In this document: positions 42,640-54,406 of the stretch, piece by piece
How positions within the stretch are numbered: position 1 is the stretch's first letter
Layout: each line of letters opens with the position of its first letter
IMG/VR virus record: IMGVR_UViG_3300021093_000007
From: a virus
Length of the DNA stretch: 64,000 nt
Strand: one strand, 5' to 3'
Made by a program: the position numbers and the translations under genes
The notes under the pieces: model-generated
Told to the model about the DNA's origin: nothing
The model's input: only the letters and a program-made list of their open reading frames with translations
Database searches by the model: none

Positions 42640-44223
42640 ATGGCAGCAATTATAACTGATTTATTGAGAGTTAAGAACGCAAGAGCTTTCATCGATAAAA
42701 TTAGGGACCCTAGTAATTCTTACTATACTTTTATTGGACTTCCCAATGCAGATGAAGTTCAAGATAATTGGAATACTAGTCCACCGTCTCCACGAGACTG
42801 TTTTGATGATACCAATTTTTATTGGGACACTATGGTTGCGTTGAAAAAAATTGCTGCTGATGATGTAAGACCAGTTGTTAGAAAAATACAATGGGCTTCA
42901 GCTACAATTTATGATATGTATCGTCATGACATTAATAGAAATAATTTATCAAAACCATCTAATAAAACAAGTTTATATTCTTCAAACTATTTTGTTGTCA
43001 ATAGTGAATTTAGAGTTTATATTTGTTTAAATAATGGTATTGATCCAGAAAACCCAAATGGAAAACCTTCTCTTGATGAACCTAAATTTACGGACTTAGA
43101 ACCAAGAGCAGCTGGTACTAGTGGTGATGGTTATATTTGGAAATATCTTTATACTATTAGTCCAAGTGATGTTATTAAGTTTGACTCCCTCAATTTTATA
43201 CCTCTTCCAGTAGACTGGGAAACAAATGCAGATTATTTACCAGTTAAAAATAATGCAGAAACAAGTGGTCAATTAAAAACTATTACTGTAAAGAATAGAG
43301 GGTACTTAGTTGGTCCACCAAACACTACTTATACCAGAGTTCCTATTAAGGGAGATGGTCTTGGTGCAGAATGCACCATTGTAATCAACAATGACGCTAA
43401 AGTAGAATCAATTACAATCTCAAATGGTGGTTCTGGATATACCTATGCAAGTGTTGACTTAGTTGGAGGAAATGTGCCTACTGGTTCTTTAACTCCAATA
43501 TTTGATGTAATAATTCCTCCTCCTGGTGGTCATGGTGCTGATGTATATAAAGAACTAGGTTCTACAAATGTTCTTATATACTCTAGAATTGAAAATGATG
43601 ATCAGAATCCAGACTTTGTGACGGGCACTTCTGTTGCAAGAATTGGAATTATTGAAAATCCTCAAGCATATGAATCAAGCACAGTTATTACTGAAGATCG
43701 AGTTAGTTCTTTATTTGCCATTAAATTAAAAGGTTTAGCACCAAATGTAGACGATTATAGATCAACAACTTTTCAACAAAATGCATATATTACTCAAACT
43801 GTAGGAACTGGTGCCACTGCTATTGGTAGGGTTGTTTCTTATGATGCACAAACTGGTGTTTTAAAGTATTGGCAAGATAGATCTTTAGTTGGATTTAATA
43901 CAGACGGGACACAAAAATCAAACCCAACTTATGGTTTTAGACTAAATAAGTTTACGTCCACAGTTACAACTGGGGGTTCTTTAAGAATAATCGGTGGATC
44001 TAAAGACTTATATGTTGATGATGGATTTGGGACAGACAATACTCCAGGTATAAGTACTGTCATAAATAATAAAACATACTATTTGGGACAAACTTTTATT
44101 AAAGGAGTGGCTTCTCCAGAAGTACAAAAATATTCTGGAACCGTTCTGTATGTTGATAATAGACCTTCAATTACAAGGTCAGTGAATCAAAGAGAAGATA
44201 TCAAAGTTATTTTGCAATTCTAG
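42640..44223 (+). CDS. g8: Baseplate wedge subunit gp8
   Basis: MAAIITD.LR; YDMYRHD; DGYIWKYLYTI; QREDIKVILQF; GATAAATA upstream. Confidence 0.92.
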   Translation: MAAIITDLLRVKNARAFIDKIRDPSNSYYTFIGLPNADEVQDNWNTSPPSPRDCFDDTNFYWDTMVALKKIAADDVRPVVRKIQWASATIYDMYRHDINRNNLSKPSNKTSLYSSNYFVVNSEFRVYICLNNGIDPENPNGKPSLDEPKFTDLEPRAAGTSGDGYIWKYLYTISPSDVIKFDSLNFIPLPVDWETNADYLPVKNNAETSGQLKTITVKNRGYLVGPPNTTYTRVPIKGDGLGAECTIVINNDAKVESITISNGGSGYTYASVDLVGGNVPTGSLTPIFDVIIPPPGGHGADVYKELGSTNVLIYSRIENDDQNPDFVTGTSVARIGIIENPQAYESSTVITEDRVSSLFAIKLKGLAPNVDDYRSTTFQQNAYITQTVGTGATAIGRVVSYDAQTGVLKYWQDRSLVGFNTDGTQKSNPTYGFRLNKFTSTVTTGGSLRIIGGSKDLYVDDGFGTDNTPGISTVINNKTYYLGQTFIKGVASPEVQKYSGTVLYVDNRPSITRSVNQREDIKVILQF

Positions 44224-44232
44224 TAAAGAGTT

Positions 44233-47200
44233 ATGCCACAAGAAACTAATTTAAACGTATCTCCGTATTTTGATGACTTTGATCCAAATAAGGGATATCA
44301 CAAAATATTATTTAAACCAGGATTGCCAATCCAATCTAGAGAATTAACATCTTTACAATCAATTCTTCAGAATCAAATTGAACAAGTAGGTACACATTTG
44401 TTTAAAGAGGGATCAGTTGTAATCCCTGGACAAATTAATTATAATAATTCTCTTTTTGCCGTAGAAATTGAAAAAGAATATCTTGGAATACCAATTTCAA
44501 GCTATGCTGAAGATTTAGTTAATGTGTATATTAGAGGACAATCATCAAACGTAAAAGCAAAAGTTGTCTCTAGTGTTGATCCAGAATTTTCTGCTAGAGG
44601 ATACTATACACTATTTGTAAGTTATGTTTCTACTGGTTCAGACGGAAAAGAAGTTTTTGATGATAATGAAGTTTTAAGTTTAGAAACGAATTTATCAACA
44701 TCTGTTATTAATTTTCAATCTGGTCAAGGGTTTGGCATTACAGCTGCTGTTAGTTCAACTTCAATAGGATCTGCAGTATTTTTATCTGAAGGTGTTTATT
44801 ATCTGAGGGGAACTTTTGTAAGAGTTAGTCCACAAACTCTAATTCTTGATGCACATAATCAGTTTCCTACTTATAGGGTAGGATTGGAGATCTTTGAAGA
44901 AATAATAACATCTGGTTTTGATCCATCTTTAACTGACAACGCAAAAGGATTTAATAACTTTGCAGCTCCTGGTGCTGATAGATTAAAAATTACTGCGGTC
45001 TTAACAAAAAAACCATTAGATTCTGAGAAGAATGAAAATTTTGTTGAGCTTTTAGTATTAAGACAAGGAAATATTCAACATATTGAAGACAAAACTCAAT
45101 ACAATGAATTAGCAGAAGAATTAGCTAGAAGAACTTATAATGAATCTGGAAATTTTTATGTGAAACCTTTTGCAATTACTGCAAGAGAATCATTAAATAA
45201 TCGAAAGGGTAACAATGGAATATTCTTACGTGGACAATTAACATATAATAATAATATTCCTGCTGAGGATTTAGGAACGTATAAAATATCTCCAGGTAAA
45301 GCTTTTATCCGTGGTTTTGAAGTAGATTCAAAAACAATACATTATTTAGATTTTGAAAAAACAAGAACAACTAAAACATTAGAAGACCAAGCAGTTAATT
45401 ATTTTACTGGTCCAACACTATCTTTAAACCGAGTTATTGGTGCTCCTAGAATTGGATTCAGCACATCATCGTCAATAAGTTTAAGAAATTCTAGAATTGG
45501 CATTACTTCAACAACATCTTCTGGAAAAGAAATCGGAGTTGCCAGAGTTTATGATTATGCTTTAGAGTCAGGATCGTATTCTTCTGTTGTTGGTGATTTA
45601 AATGAATGGGATATTTCGTTATATGATATTCAAACATATACTGATTTAAATTTAAATGAAGCAATAACTTTAACTGTTCCAACTTTTGTAGAAGGTAAGT
45701 CTAGTGGAGCAAGTGGACATTTAAGATTCAATACAACTACTGGAATTGCTACGGTATATTGCACTAAAGGATCTTTTGTAAGAGGTGAGAAACTAATCTT
45801 AAATGGTGTTGATAGTAATAGAATTATTACCAGTCCAATTGAATACAAAATATCAGACATAAAATCAGTATACAGTTCTGTTGGGGTGGGTCAAACCTTT
45901 AATGGTGATACAAAATTATCAAGTCTTCTCTCGATTGGTGTTGTAAACATTACTGGAAAATCTGGATCCGCTCCAGGAGTATCTACAGTAACTAGTTCTA
46001 ATATAGATTTTCGATTGATAGCAAAAGAGGGTGATTTTGTATCATTCAGCAATCCTCTACTTACAAACTTAAATACAAAAACATACGCTAGAATTTCTTC
46101 AATTATTAGTGCAAATAGTATAGTAATTGCTGGAGTAACTACTGTTTCAAATATAAATGATGGTGGTCTGCCAACTAGTAATATAACACCAACAGATTTT
46201 GAATTAATTGGTGCAAACTTAAGATCATCGATTGATAATACTCTATACACACCTCTTCCCAAAAAGTTTATTTCTAGTGTAGATTTAACTAGGTCTACTT
46301 TATCAATTAGAAAAGAATTTAATGTAATTATCACTGCCAATGCAACTAATACAATACAATCAGGAACAAATGAAACATTTTTACCATTTGATGAGGAAAG
46401 ATATGTTTTAATAAATTCCACTGGTGGTTTTGAAGAACTTACTGAAGATAAATTTAGATTTAGTAATGGTGGAAAAGAATTAAGAATATTTGGATTAAAT
46501 GTGGCTGGTTCTGCCAGATTAATTGCAACTCTTACTAAAATAAATGTATCTAATAAAGTAAAATCATTAAATAGAACTGGTTCTGTTATTGTAAATAAAT
46601 CAAAATTATCTGCTTCTGGAATTGGTTCTACAACTTTAGATGATGGTCTAACATATGGAAGTTATGGTTATGGTCTACGAGTTCAAGATAAGGAAATCTG
46701 TTTGCTTGAACCTGATGTAACAAAAGTTTATGGTGTATATGAAGCAAATGATACGAATAATCCGACTTTACCATCTATAAGTTTATTTAATCTTGATGGT
46801 CCAACTGGTAAGGTAGATGATTTCATTATTGGAGAAGAGTTAATTGGTTCTACAAGTGGAGCAGTTTGTCTTTATATTGAAAAAGTTGGAACTTCTACAA
46901 TAGGATTAGTATATTTAAACGATCTTAGATTTGAAATTGGGGAAACTGTTAGATCTGAGACAAGTGGAATTAGTGGGACAATAAATGACTTTGATCCTGG
47001 TGATGAAAATATTATTGAAAGATTTACTTTGGATGCTGGACAAAGAGAAACTATTTGTGATTATTCTAGATTAGTAAGAAAACCAAACACAAAAGAACCA
47101 AGAAGAAAACTAAGAGTTATATACGAATCAGCAACTTATAGTGATTCTACAGAAGGAGATATTACTACAGTATCTTCATATAATCAATTTAATTATTGCG

Positions 47201-50200
47201 ATTTACCTTTAATTAAAAATAATGAAAGAATAACGGATATACTTGATATTAGACCAAGGGTTCGCAAATTTAATTCTAGTTCTACTAGTTCTTCTCCATT
47301 TGAATTTTCGTCTAGATCTTTTGAAGATGGAACAAACTCTGCTAAAAATATTTTAGCTTCGGATGAATCTATTATTCTTACATATTCACATTATCTACCC
47401 AGAATTGATAAACTATTTTTAAAAATAGATGGAGGATTTCAATTAATTAAAGGGGTTCCTTCGGAAACTCCACTTCCACCAATTGCTTTAGAAGACTCAC
47501 TAGAAGTTGCTACAATAAATCTACCTCCATATGTTTGTAGCACAGAAAACTTACAAATAAGTTTAAATGCACATAAACGTTATAGAATGCAAGATATCTC
47601 CTTGCTTGAAGATAGAATTAAAAACTTAGAGTATTATACTGCATTATCAATTTTAGAATCGAAAACAGAATCATTATTCATTCCAGATGAAAATGGATTA
47701 ACTAGGTTTAAATCTGGAATTTATGTTGACAATTTTAGCAATACTAGATCACAACTAAAAATTGGTAAAATTACTAACAGTATTGATCCAACAACACTTG
47801 AATTGAGACCATCTCACTTCACAACATCCATAGACCTTTTAGTTGGTTCTAAATCTCTACTAGGAATTGGAACTACAGCAAGTCCAACAGCAGACCCTGC
47901 TTTTGTAACTGATATCATTGGATCAAATATTAGAAGAACAGGTCAGTTAATTACATTAGATTATGCAGAATATTTGCAGTTTACTCAACCATTTGCAACC
48001 AGAGTTGAAAACGTTACTCCATACCTAGTTGTAACTTATACTGGTAATATTCAATTATTCCCATCATCTGATATTTGGGTTGATCAAGTTAGATTACAAC
48101 CGCTTAGAATAGATGTTGATGACTACACTCAAACTAGACTTCAATTAGAGTATGCTGGATATGACCAACAAACAGGTTTAGGACCTGTTAGATGGGGAGC
48201 ATGGCAAGCTACTTGGACTGGATCTAGCACTGCTTCAACTAGTAATACCGTTGTAACTTCAACTAGCACTTCAAATACAGGTAGTGCATTAGTAACAACT
48301 AACCAATTACAAACTACAACAGTTACAACTACAACAAGAACAGGTACAGAAAACAGAAGTGGTACTCAGTTAAGAGTTTCTGAACAAATTCAAACCACGA
48401 ATGAAGGTGATAGAGTTGTAAGCACTTCTGTAGTTCCCTTCATGAGATCTAGAAATATTGAATTTACTGGAAGAAAGTTCAGACCATATACAAGACTTTA
48501 TGGATTTTTTGACGGTGAAGATGTAAACAACTTTATTATTCCCAAATTAATAGAAATAAGAATGATTAGTGGATCATTCTCTGTAGGTGAATTAGTTACT
48601 GGAACCATGACAACTGGTTCTACTACAGTAACCACTGGTTCTACACCATCAATTACATTTAGAGTAGCAACATCAAATCACAAATATGGTCCAATATCAA
48701 ATCCAACAGATGTATTTTTAAGAAGTCCTTATGATGAAAGTTATACAATACCAGCAAACTACTCAAGTTCTAGTATATTACTTAATGTTGATACTAGAAC
48801 CTTAGCGGAAAATAACCAATCACTATATCGTGGATTTATAAGAACAGGTATGAGGTTGAGGAGTGCTTCTGCTGAAGCAGAAGTTGTTTCTATTAGATTA
48901 TTCAGTGATAGTGTAGGATCTGTTCTTGGATCATTCTTTATACCAGATCCAAACTTACCATCAAATCCATCTTTTGAAGTTGGAACAAAAATTTTCAGAT
49001 TAACCTCACAACAATCGAATAGTACTTTAGGTGGTTTAACTTCTACTTCTGGACAAGAAGCATATTTTGCTTCTGGATCCATTAATAATATGCAGGAGAC
49101 TATAAGATCTACAAGAAAACCAAGATTTGATGTCGTTGCTGCTAGTGAAAGTAGACCAGCTACAGATGTTCAATCTACTACTACTGTAAGTAATTCAACA
49201 ACTCAAAGTATTACTCCACTACCCCCACCACCGCCACCACCACCGCCGCCAGCACCATCCCCGCGCCCAAATCCATCATTCCCTTCCCCCAGGAATCCGC
49301 CTCCACGTCCACCAAATCCACCGCCACCACCGCCACCACCGCCACCACGGCGACCACCACCACCACCACCACAGCCACCACCACGAAGAGGTGGTAAGGA
49401 TCCTCTTGCACAGTCATTCACTATTAATGATGATGGTGGGGCATTTATTACTAGTATTGAGGTTTATTTCAGAACTAAAGATTCGCTACTTCCAGTAACT
49501 GTTCAGTTACGTCCAATTGTTAATGGTGTTCCTTCTGAGGACATATATCCTTTTGGAGAAGCAATAGTAGAATCTGATAATGTTGTTGTGTCCGCTGATG
49601 CAACCCAACCAACAAAGATAACATTCCCAGCCCCAGTATATCTGCATTCAAATACCGACCATGCTGTAGTCTTACTATCAAATTCAAACGAGTACACTGT
49701 TTGGATTTCCAGAATGGGTGAAACTGATATTTCTACATTACTGCAACCAGAATCAAGACAGGTTATTGTATCTGCACAACCATATTTGGGATCTTTATTC
49801 AAATCACAAAATGGTTCTACTTGGACACCAAGCCAGTATGAAGATTTGAAATTTAATCTTTTTTCTGCTGGATTCCTTGCTGATTCTGGAACAGTATCAT
49901 TCTATAACCCAGAATTAAATACAGGTAATAGGCAAATTGCAACCTTAGTGAAGGATGCTTTAGAATTTGATGCCAAAAAATTAATTATTAGCACAGGTGA
50001 TATTATCAATACATCTTCATTAGTCATTGGTAATACTGTTATTCAAAAGAATACAAGTGCTAGAGGTGACTATGTTGGTGTTGGTGGCTCTGCATCAGGG
50101 TCATTAGTTATTGTTAATGCTGGTATTGGTTATACTCCATCAAATGGCACATCATTTACATTCAATGATGTACCTTTAAGTTCTTTTAGTGGTAATGGTA

Positions 50201-51885
50201 AAAATGCTACTGCAGATATTACCATTGGACAAGCAAGTGGAGTAAATGGCGTCGCTCTTGCAGCAACAATTAGAACTGGTGGATATGGATACCAAATTGG
50301 AGACGTTTTAGCAGTTCCATCAATTGGAAATAATTCTTTAGGAAGAAATCTTCAATTGTCACTATCAAGTGTCGTTGGTGTTAACCAGTTAATACTTGAC
50401 AATGTACAAGGAGAATTTGAAATTAATGCCGCCAAACCACTTCAGTTTGTAAGTGCATCGAGTGGAATAACAACTATACTTAATGCTACTGGAACAAATT
50501 CAGTTGTTAATGATTTTGAATTAGCATCTTTATCTGAAGATGGTTTACATATTAAAGTAAATCATAAAAATCATGCTATGCATTCTACAACAAACGTTGT
50601 AAGAATCAGTGGTGTCAAAGGAGATGTTAAATCAACTATATTAACAGCAGATTATAATAATTCAGATTCTGGTCCTATTAGTATTGCAAATACAACTGGG
50701 TTTGAAGTATTTGAAAATGTATCTATTGGAGCAACAAATCCAGGATATGCACTTTTAGACAACGAAATTATTTCATATACTGGCATTGCTAATGGTCAAT
50801 TAATTGGAATTACTAGATCAGTTGAAGGCACTGGTGCATTCAGTTATCCAAATAGAACTACCATTCAAAAATATGAAAATAATGGAATTTCTTTAAGAAG
50901 AATTAACAGACTTCACTATTTACAGGATGCTTTGGTTGAAAGACCTATTGATCTTGATAGTTATTACATCAGAGTTAATACTAGTGAAAATGGTATAGAC
51001 AGATCTTCTATTTCTGGATTCCCTAAACTTTATATAAATGCATCAAAATCAAGTGGTGGAGATTCTATCTTAGCAACACAAAATATTCAATATGAAACTG
51101 TAAACCCAATTGTTCAAACAATGGTTCTACCTGGAACCTCTGTAAAAGCAACTCTAAAAGGTATTACAGGAACAAGTGTTGATGGTGAGGAAATTTCATT
51201 CGTTGAAACAGAGGCAACCCCAATTAACTTAACAGAAGATACTTATTTACCAGAACCTAGAATAATCGCCTCTAGGGTGAATGAATTGGAACAAACAACA
51301 AACTTCCCTGGAAATAAATCCATGGAATTAACGTTTACACTAGCAACATCCAATTCAAAAATTTCTCCTGTGATCGATCTTGATAGAGTTGGAATGATTT
51401 TAGTATCCAATAGAATTGATAGTCCAATATCAGATTATATTAGTGATCCTAGGGTTTCTTCAATTAATGATGACCCATCAGCGTTTATCTATGCTAATCA
51501 ACCAGTTGAATTAGAAAACGCAGCTACTTCTTTAAAAGTTATATTTGCAGCATATGTAAACACTTTTAGTGATGTACGTGTATTCTATTCAATTAGTAAT
51601 GATCCATCTGCTGAACCAATTTACTATCCTTTCCCAGGATATGAAAATCTTGATATTAATGGGAACATTGTTAACCCAAGTCAAAATAATGGTAAACCAG
51701 ATAAAAATGTCCCTAAAACAGATATTTTATCTGCAGAGTCTGCAAATCTGGTATTTAGAGATTATGAATTTAGCATTGATTCCTTACCAGAGTTTAGATA
51801 TTTTAGTATTAAGATAGTTGGTTCTTCAACAAACCAAGCATATCCACCAAGAATCAAAGATTTGAGAGTAATTGCGCTTGCTTGA
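44233..51885 (+). CDS. vrlC: VrlC-like (DUF4815-type) large virion structural protein
   Basis: NLNVSPYFDDFD..K.YHKILFKPG..QSRELT.LQSILQNQ; APGADRLK; DPLAQSF. Confidence 0.8.
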   Translation: MPQETNLNVSPYFDDFDPNKGYHKILFKPGLPIQSRELTSLQSILQNQIEQVGTHLFKEGSVVIPGQINYNNSLFAVEIEKEYLGIPISSYAEDLVNVYIRGQSSNVKAKVVSSVDPEFSARGYYTLFVSYVSTGSDGKEVFDDNEVLSLETNLSTSVINFQSGQGFGITAAVSSTSIGSAVFLSEGVYYLRGTFVRVSPQTLILDAHNQFPTYRVGLEIFEEIITSGFDPSLTDNAKGFNNFAAPGADRLKITAVLTKKPLDSEKNENFVELLVLRQGNIQHIEDKTQYNELAEELARRTYNESGNFYVKPFAITARESLNNRKGNNGIFLRGQLTYNNNIPAEDLGTYKISPGKAFIRGFEVDSKTIHYLDFEKTRTTKTLEDQAVNYFTGPTLSLNRVIGAPRIGFSTSSSISLRNSRIGITSTTSSGKEIGVARVYDYALESGSYSSVVGDLNEWDISLYDIQTYTDLNLNEAITLTVPTFVEGKSSGASGHLRFNTTTGIATVYCTKGSFVRGEKLILNGVDSNRIITSPIEYKISDIKSVYSSVGVGQTFNGDTKLSSLLSIGVVNITGKSGSAPGVSTVTSSNIDFRLIAKEGDFVSFSNPLLTNLNTKTYARISSIISANSIVIAGVTTVSNINDGGLPTSNITPTDFELIGANLRSSIDNTLYTPLPKKFISSVDLTRSTLSIRKEFNVIITANATNTIQSGTNETFLPFDEERYVLINSTGGFEELTEDKFRFSNGGKELRIFGLNVAGSARLIATLTKINVSNKVKSLNRTGSVIVNKSKLSASGIGSTTLDDGLTYGSYGYGLRVQDKEICLLEPDVTKVYGVYEANDTNNPTLPSISLFNLDGPTGKVDDFIIGEELIGSTSGAVCLYIEKVGTSTIGLVYLNDLRFEIGETVRSETSGISGTINDFDPGDENIIERFTLDAGQRETICDYSRLVRKPNTKEPRRKLRVIYESATYSDSTEGDITTVSSYNQFNYCDLPLIKNNERITDILDIRPRVRKFNSSSTSSSPFEFSSRSFEDGTNSAKNILASDESIILTYSHYLPRIDKLFLKIDGGFQLIKGVPSETPLPPIALEDSLEVATINLPPYVCSTENLQISLNAHKRYRMQDISLLEDRIKNLEYYTALSILESKTESLFIPDENGLTRFKSGIYVDNFSNTRSQLKIGKITNSIDPTTLELRPSHFTTSIDLLVGSKSLLGIGTTASPTADPAFVTDIIGSNIRRTGQLITLDYAEYLQFTQPFATRVENVTPYLVVTYTGNIQLFPSSDIWVDQVRLQPLRIDVDDYTQTRLQLEYAGYDQQTGLGPVRWGAWQATWTGSSTASTSNTVVTSTSTSNTGSALVTTNQLQTTTVTTTTRTGTENRSGTQLRVSEQIQTTNEGDRVVSTSVVPFMRSRNIEFTGRKFRPYTRLYGFFDGEDVNNFIIPKLIEIRMISGSFSVGELVTGTMTTGSTTVTTGSTPSITFRVATSNHKYGPISNPTDVFLRSPYDESYTIPANYSSSSILLNVDTRTLAENNQSLYRGFIRTGMRLRSASAEAEVVSIRLFSDSVGSVLGSFFIPDPNLPSNPSFEVGTKIFRLTSQQSNSTLGGLTSTSGQEAYFASGSINNMQETIRSTRKPRFDVVAASESRPATDVQSTTTVSNSTTQSITPLPPPPPPPPPPAPSPRPNPSFPSPRNPPPRPPNPPPPPPPPPPRRPPPPPPQPPPRRGGKDPLAQSFTINDDGGAFITSIEVYFRTKDSLLPVTVQLRPIVNGVPSEDIYPFGEAIVESDNVVVSADATQPTKITFPAPVYLHSNTDHAVVLLSNSNEYTVWISRMGETDISTLLQPESRQVIVSAQPYLGSLFKSQNGSTWTPSQYEDLKFNLFSAGFLADSGTVSFYNPELNTGNRQIATLVKDALEFDAKKLIISTGDIINTSSLVIGNTVIQKNTSARGDYVGVGGSASGSLVIVNAGIGYTPSNGTSFTFNDVPLSSFSGNGKNATADITIGQASGVNGVALAATIRTGGYGYQIGDVLAVPSIGNNSLGRNLQLSLSSVVGVNQLILDNVQGEFEINAAKPLQFVSASSGITTILNATGTNSVVNDFELASLSEDGLHIKVNHKNHAMHSTTNVVRISGVKGDVKSTILTADYNNSDSGPISIANTTGFEVFENVSIGATNPGYALLDNEIISYTGIANGQLIGITRSVEGTGAFSYPNRTTIQKYENNGISLRRINRLHYLQDALVERPIDLDSYYIRVNTSENGIDRSSISGFPKLYINASKSSGGDSILATQNIQYETVNPIVQTMVLPGTSVKATLKGITGTSVDGEEISFVETEATPINLTEDTYLPEPRIIASRVNELEQTTNFPGNKSMELTFTLATSNSKISPVIDLDRVGMILVSNRIDSPISDYISDPRVSSINDDPSAFIYANQPVELENAATSLKVIFAAYVNTFSDVRVFYSISNDPSAEPIYYPFPGYENLDINGNIVNPSQNNGKPDKNVPKTDILSAESANLVFRDYEFSIDSLPEFRYFSIKIVGSSTNQAYPPRIKDLRVIALA

Positions 51886-51886
51886 T

Positions 51887-52123
51887 ATGAACGATACCTA
51901 TCATAACTATCATGTAAAAGTTGAAAATCATAGCAATCTCGTAAGAGATACACGCAGCAATGCAATTATCAACACCGATAAAAAAGGATATGATCATTAT
52001 AAATCTTTGAAAAAAACAAAATCTTTGGAAAAGATGAGGATAGATCAAATTGAGTCTGATTTATCCTCACTAAAAAATGATATTAATGAAATCAAAGATT
52101 TATTGAAGGCATTATTAAAATAA
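51887..52123 (+). CDS. Small conserved coiled-coil protein preceding g13
   Basis: KVENHSNLVRD..SNAIIN; LKNDINEIKDLL. Confidence 0.8.
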   Translation: MNDTYHNYHVKVENHSNLVRDTRSNAIINTDKKGYDHYKSLKKTKSLEKMRIDQIESDLSSLKNDINEIKDLLKALLK

Positions 52124-52145
52124 TAATCAATAAAGGTACTCAAGC

Positions 52146-52985
52146 ATGGCTCAACCAACATCTAGACAAGAACTTATAGATTACTGTAAAAGAAAACTTG
52201 GATATCCAGTCCTTGAAATAAATGTTGCCGATGAGCAAATTGAAGATTTGGTTGATGATGCTCTGCAGTTTTTTTATGAGAGACATTTTGATGGGGTAAC
52301 GCAGACATATTTAAAGTATCAAGTAACCCAGGAAGATATTGATAGAGGAAGAGCTAAATTTGGTGGTCCTGGTATAGCAGTAACTTCAACAACAACTAAT
52401 ATTGTTGGCGTTGCAAAGACATTTAATTATTTTGAAACTAGCAACTATCTTCAAATACCACCACATGTAATTGGTGTCAATAAGGTGTTAAGTTTTGAAG
52501 GTTCAAATTCAATTTCAAGTGGAATGTTTAGTATTAAATATCAGTTATTTTTAAATGATATTTACTATTGGGGTTCTGTTGAATTACTAACATATTCAAT
52601 GGTCAAAAGATATTTGGAAGATATTGACTTTTTATTAACTACACAAAAACAGATTAGATTTAATCAAAGACAAGATAGGTTGTATCTTGATGTAGATTGG
52701 TCTGCTCTTACACCAGGACAGTTTTTGATTATTGATTGTTATAGAATTTTAGATCCTACAGAATCACCAAGAATTTGGAATGATTCATTTTTAAAGCCAT
52801 ATTTAACAGCATTGATTAAAAAACAGTGGGGGCAAAATTTAATTAAATTCCAAGGTGTTAAGTTGCCTGGTGGAGTGGAATTAAATGGAAGGCAAATTTA
52901 TGATGATGGTGAAAAAGAATTAAGTGAGATTATATCAAAGATGTCATCTACATACGAATTGCCACCATTAGATATGATAGGTTAA
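52146..52985 (+). CDS. g13: Neck protein gp13
   Basis: ELIDYCKRKLGYPVLEINV; QWGQNLIKFQGVKLPGGV. Confidence 0.95.
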   Translation: MAQPTSRQELIDYCKRKLGYPVLEINVADEQIEDLVDDALQFFYERHFDGVTQTYLKYQVTQEDIDRGRAKFGGPGIAVTSTTTNIVGVAKTFNYFETSNYLQIPPHVIGVNKVLSFEGSNSISSGMFSIKYQLFLNDIYYWGSVELLTYSMVKRYLEDIDFLLTTQKQIRFNQRQDRLYLDVDWSALTPGQFLIIDCYRILDPTESPRIWNDSFLKPYLTALIKKQWGQNLIKFQGVKLPGGVELNGRQIYDDGEKELSEIISKMSSTYELPPLDMIG

Positions 52986-52989
52986 TCAT

Positions 52990-54390
52990 ATGGCATTAAA
53001 TCCTTTCTTTCTACATGGATCTTCTGGGGAACAAAGTTTAATCCAGGATTTAGTAAATGAGCATTTAAAAATGTTCGGGGTTGAAATATATTATATTCCC
53101 AGAATTTTTGTAAATGAAAAAACTATCATGGAGGAAGTCTCTAGATCACAATTTAGAGATGCTATTCCCATAGAGGCATATGTAGATACTTATGACGGAT
53201 ATAGTGGTGCTGGAACATTACTATCTAAATTTGGAGTCCAAGAAGTTGATGATTTAACTTTAGTAATATCACAAGAACGTTATGAAGTTGCGGTTAGACC
53301 ATTTATAGAAGTAAGAGATAAATCAAAATTAACAAGTAGACCTAAAGAAGGTGATTTAATATATTTTCCTTTAGGTGATCGTTTGTTTGAAATTAAATAT
53401 GTAGAGCATGAAAAACCATTTTATCAACTACAAAAAAATTACGTTTATGAGTTAAGATGTGAATTATATGCCTACAATGATGAAGAAATTAATACTGGAA
53501 TTCTTGAAATTGATGATAACGTTAAGGATGAAGGATATATCCAAACTTTCAATATGGTTGGTCTTGGATCAACTGCAACTGCAATTACAAGTTTGAGAAA
53601 TGGATCAGTAAGGAAAATTACCGTATCCAGACGTGGATCTGGTTATACTTCTGCTCCTAGAGTTGCTATCACATCAGCACCTTCTGGTGGATTAACTGCT
53701 GTAGGCATCGCATCAATGATTAGGGGCATAGTAGATTTCTGCGATACCAGTCCAGATTTATCAAGAGTCCAAGCAGTTAATATTACCAATCCTGGATTTG
53801 GTTATACTGTAGCACCAAGAGTAACCTTTATTGGTGGTGGAGGGAAGGGAGCATATGCAACAGCATCAATATCAAGTCAAGCAGTAGGCATTATCACTAT
53901 CACAAGTGGTGGTAGTGGGTATATTGGTATTCCAACTGTAAGTTTTGTAAAATCTGGAATTGGAAGCACTACTATAAATGCTGTTGGTAGAGCAGTTGTA
54001 TCTACTGCTGGCACAGTTACTGCAATTATTCTTGAAGATGCTGGTGGTTACTACGAAAGTGCTCCAACTATTATAATTGCTGGACCACAACAAACCGTTG
54101 GATATGGCACATATGTATTCAATGAAAGTGTAATTGGTGCTGCAAGTAGTGCTAGGGCAAAAGTAAAATCTTGGGATGCTGTCAATCAGGTTCTAAAACT
54201 TGGTAATATTTTAGGGGACTTTATTGCAGGAGAAGCAATAATTGGTCAGTTTAGTGGAGCAGCATATGCAGTTAAGATTCTAAATAAGAATAATATTCCC
54301 GAAGACAAATTTGCTCAAAATCAAGACATTGAAATTGAAGCAGACCAAATAATAGATTTTAGTGAAACAAATCCATTTGGGATTCCATAA
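52990..54390 (+). CDS. g14: Neck protein gp14 with internal repeat insertion
   Basis: EQSLIQDLVNE..G..YYIPR; RPKEGDLIYFP; FYQL; DFSETNPFG. Confidence 0.93.
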   Translation: MALNPFFLHGSSGEQSLIQDLVNEHLKMFGVEIYYIPRIFVNEKTIMEEVSRSQFRDAIPIEAYVDTYDGYSGAGTLLSKFGVQEVDDLTLVISQERYEVAVRPFIEVRDKSKLTSRPKEGDLIYFPLGDRLFEIKYVEHEKPFYQLQKNYVYELRCELYAYNDEEINTGILEIDDNVKDEGYIQTFNMVGLGSTATAITSLRNGSVRKITVSRRGSGYTSAPRVAITSAPSGGLTAVGIASMIRGIVDFCDTSPDLSRVQAVNITNPGFGYTVAPRVTFIGGGGKGAYATASISSQAVGIITITSGGSGYIGIPTVSFVKSGIGSTTINAVGRAVVSTAGTVTAIILEDAGGYYESAPTIIIAGPQQTVGYGTYVFNESVIGAASSARAKVKSWDAVNQVLKLGNILGDFIAGEAIIGQFSGAAYAVKILNKNNIPEDKFAQNQDIEIEADQIIDFSETNPFGIP

Positions 54391-54406
54391 AGGAGAATTG
54401 TAAACA

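Noticed and set aside
49203-49421. Gly-rich and Val-rich minus-strand ORFs
   Set aside because: Shadows of the polyproline codons on the + strand
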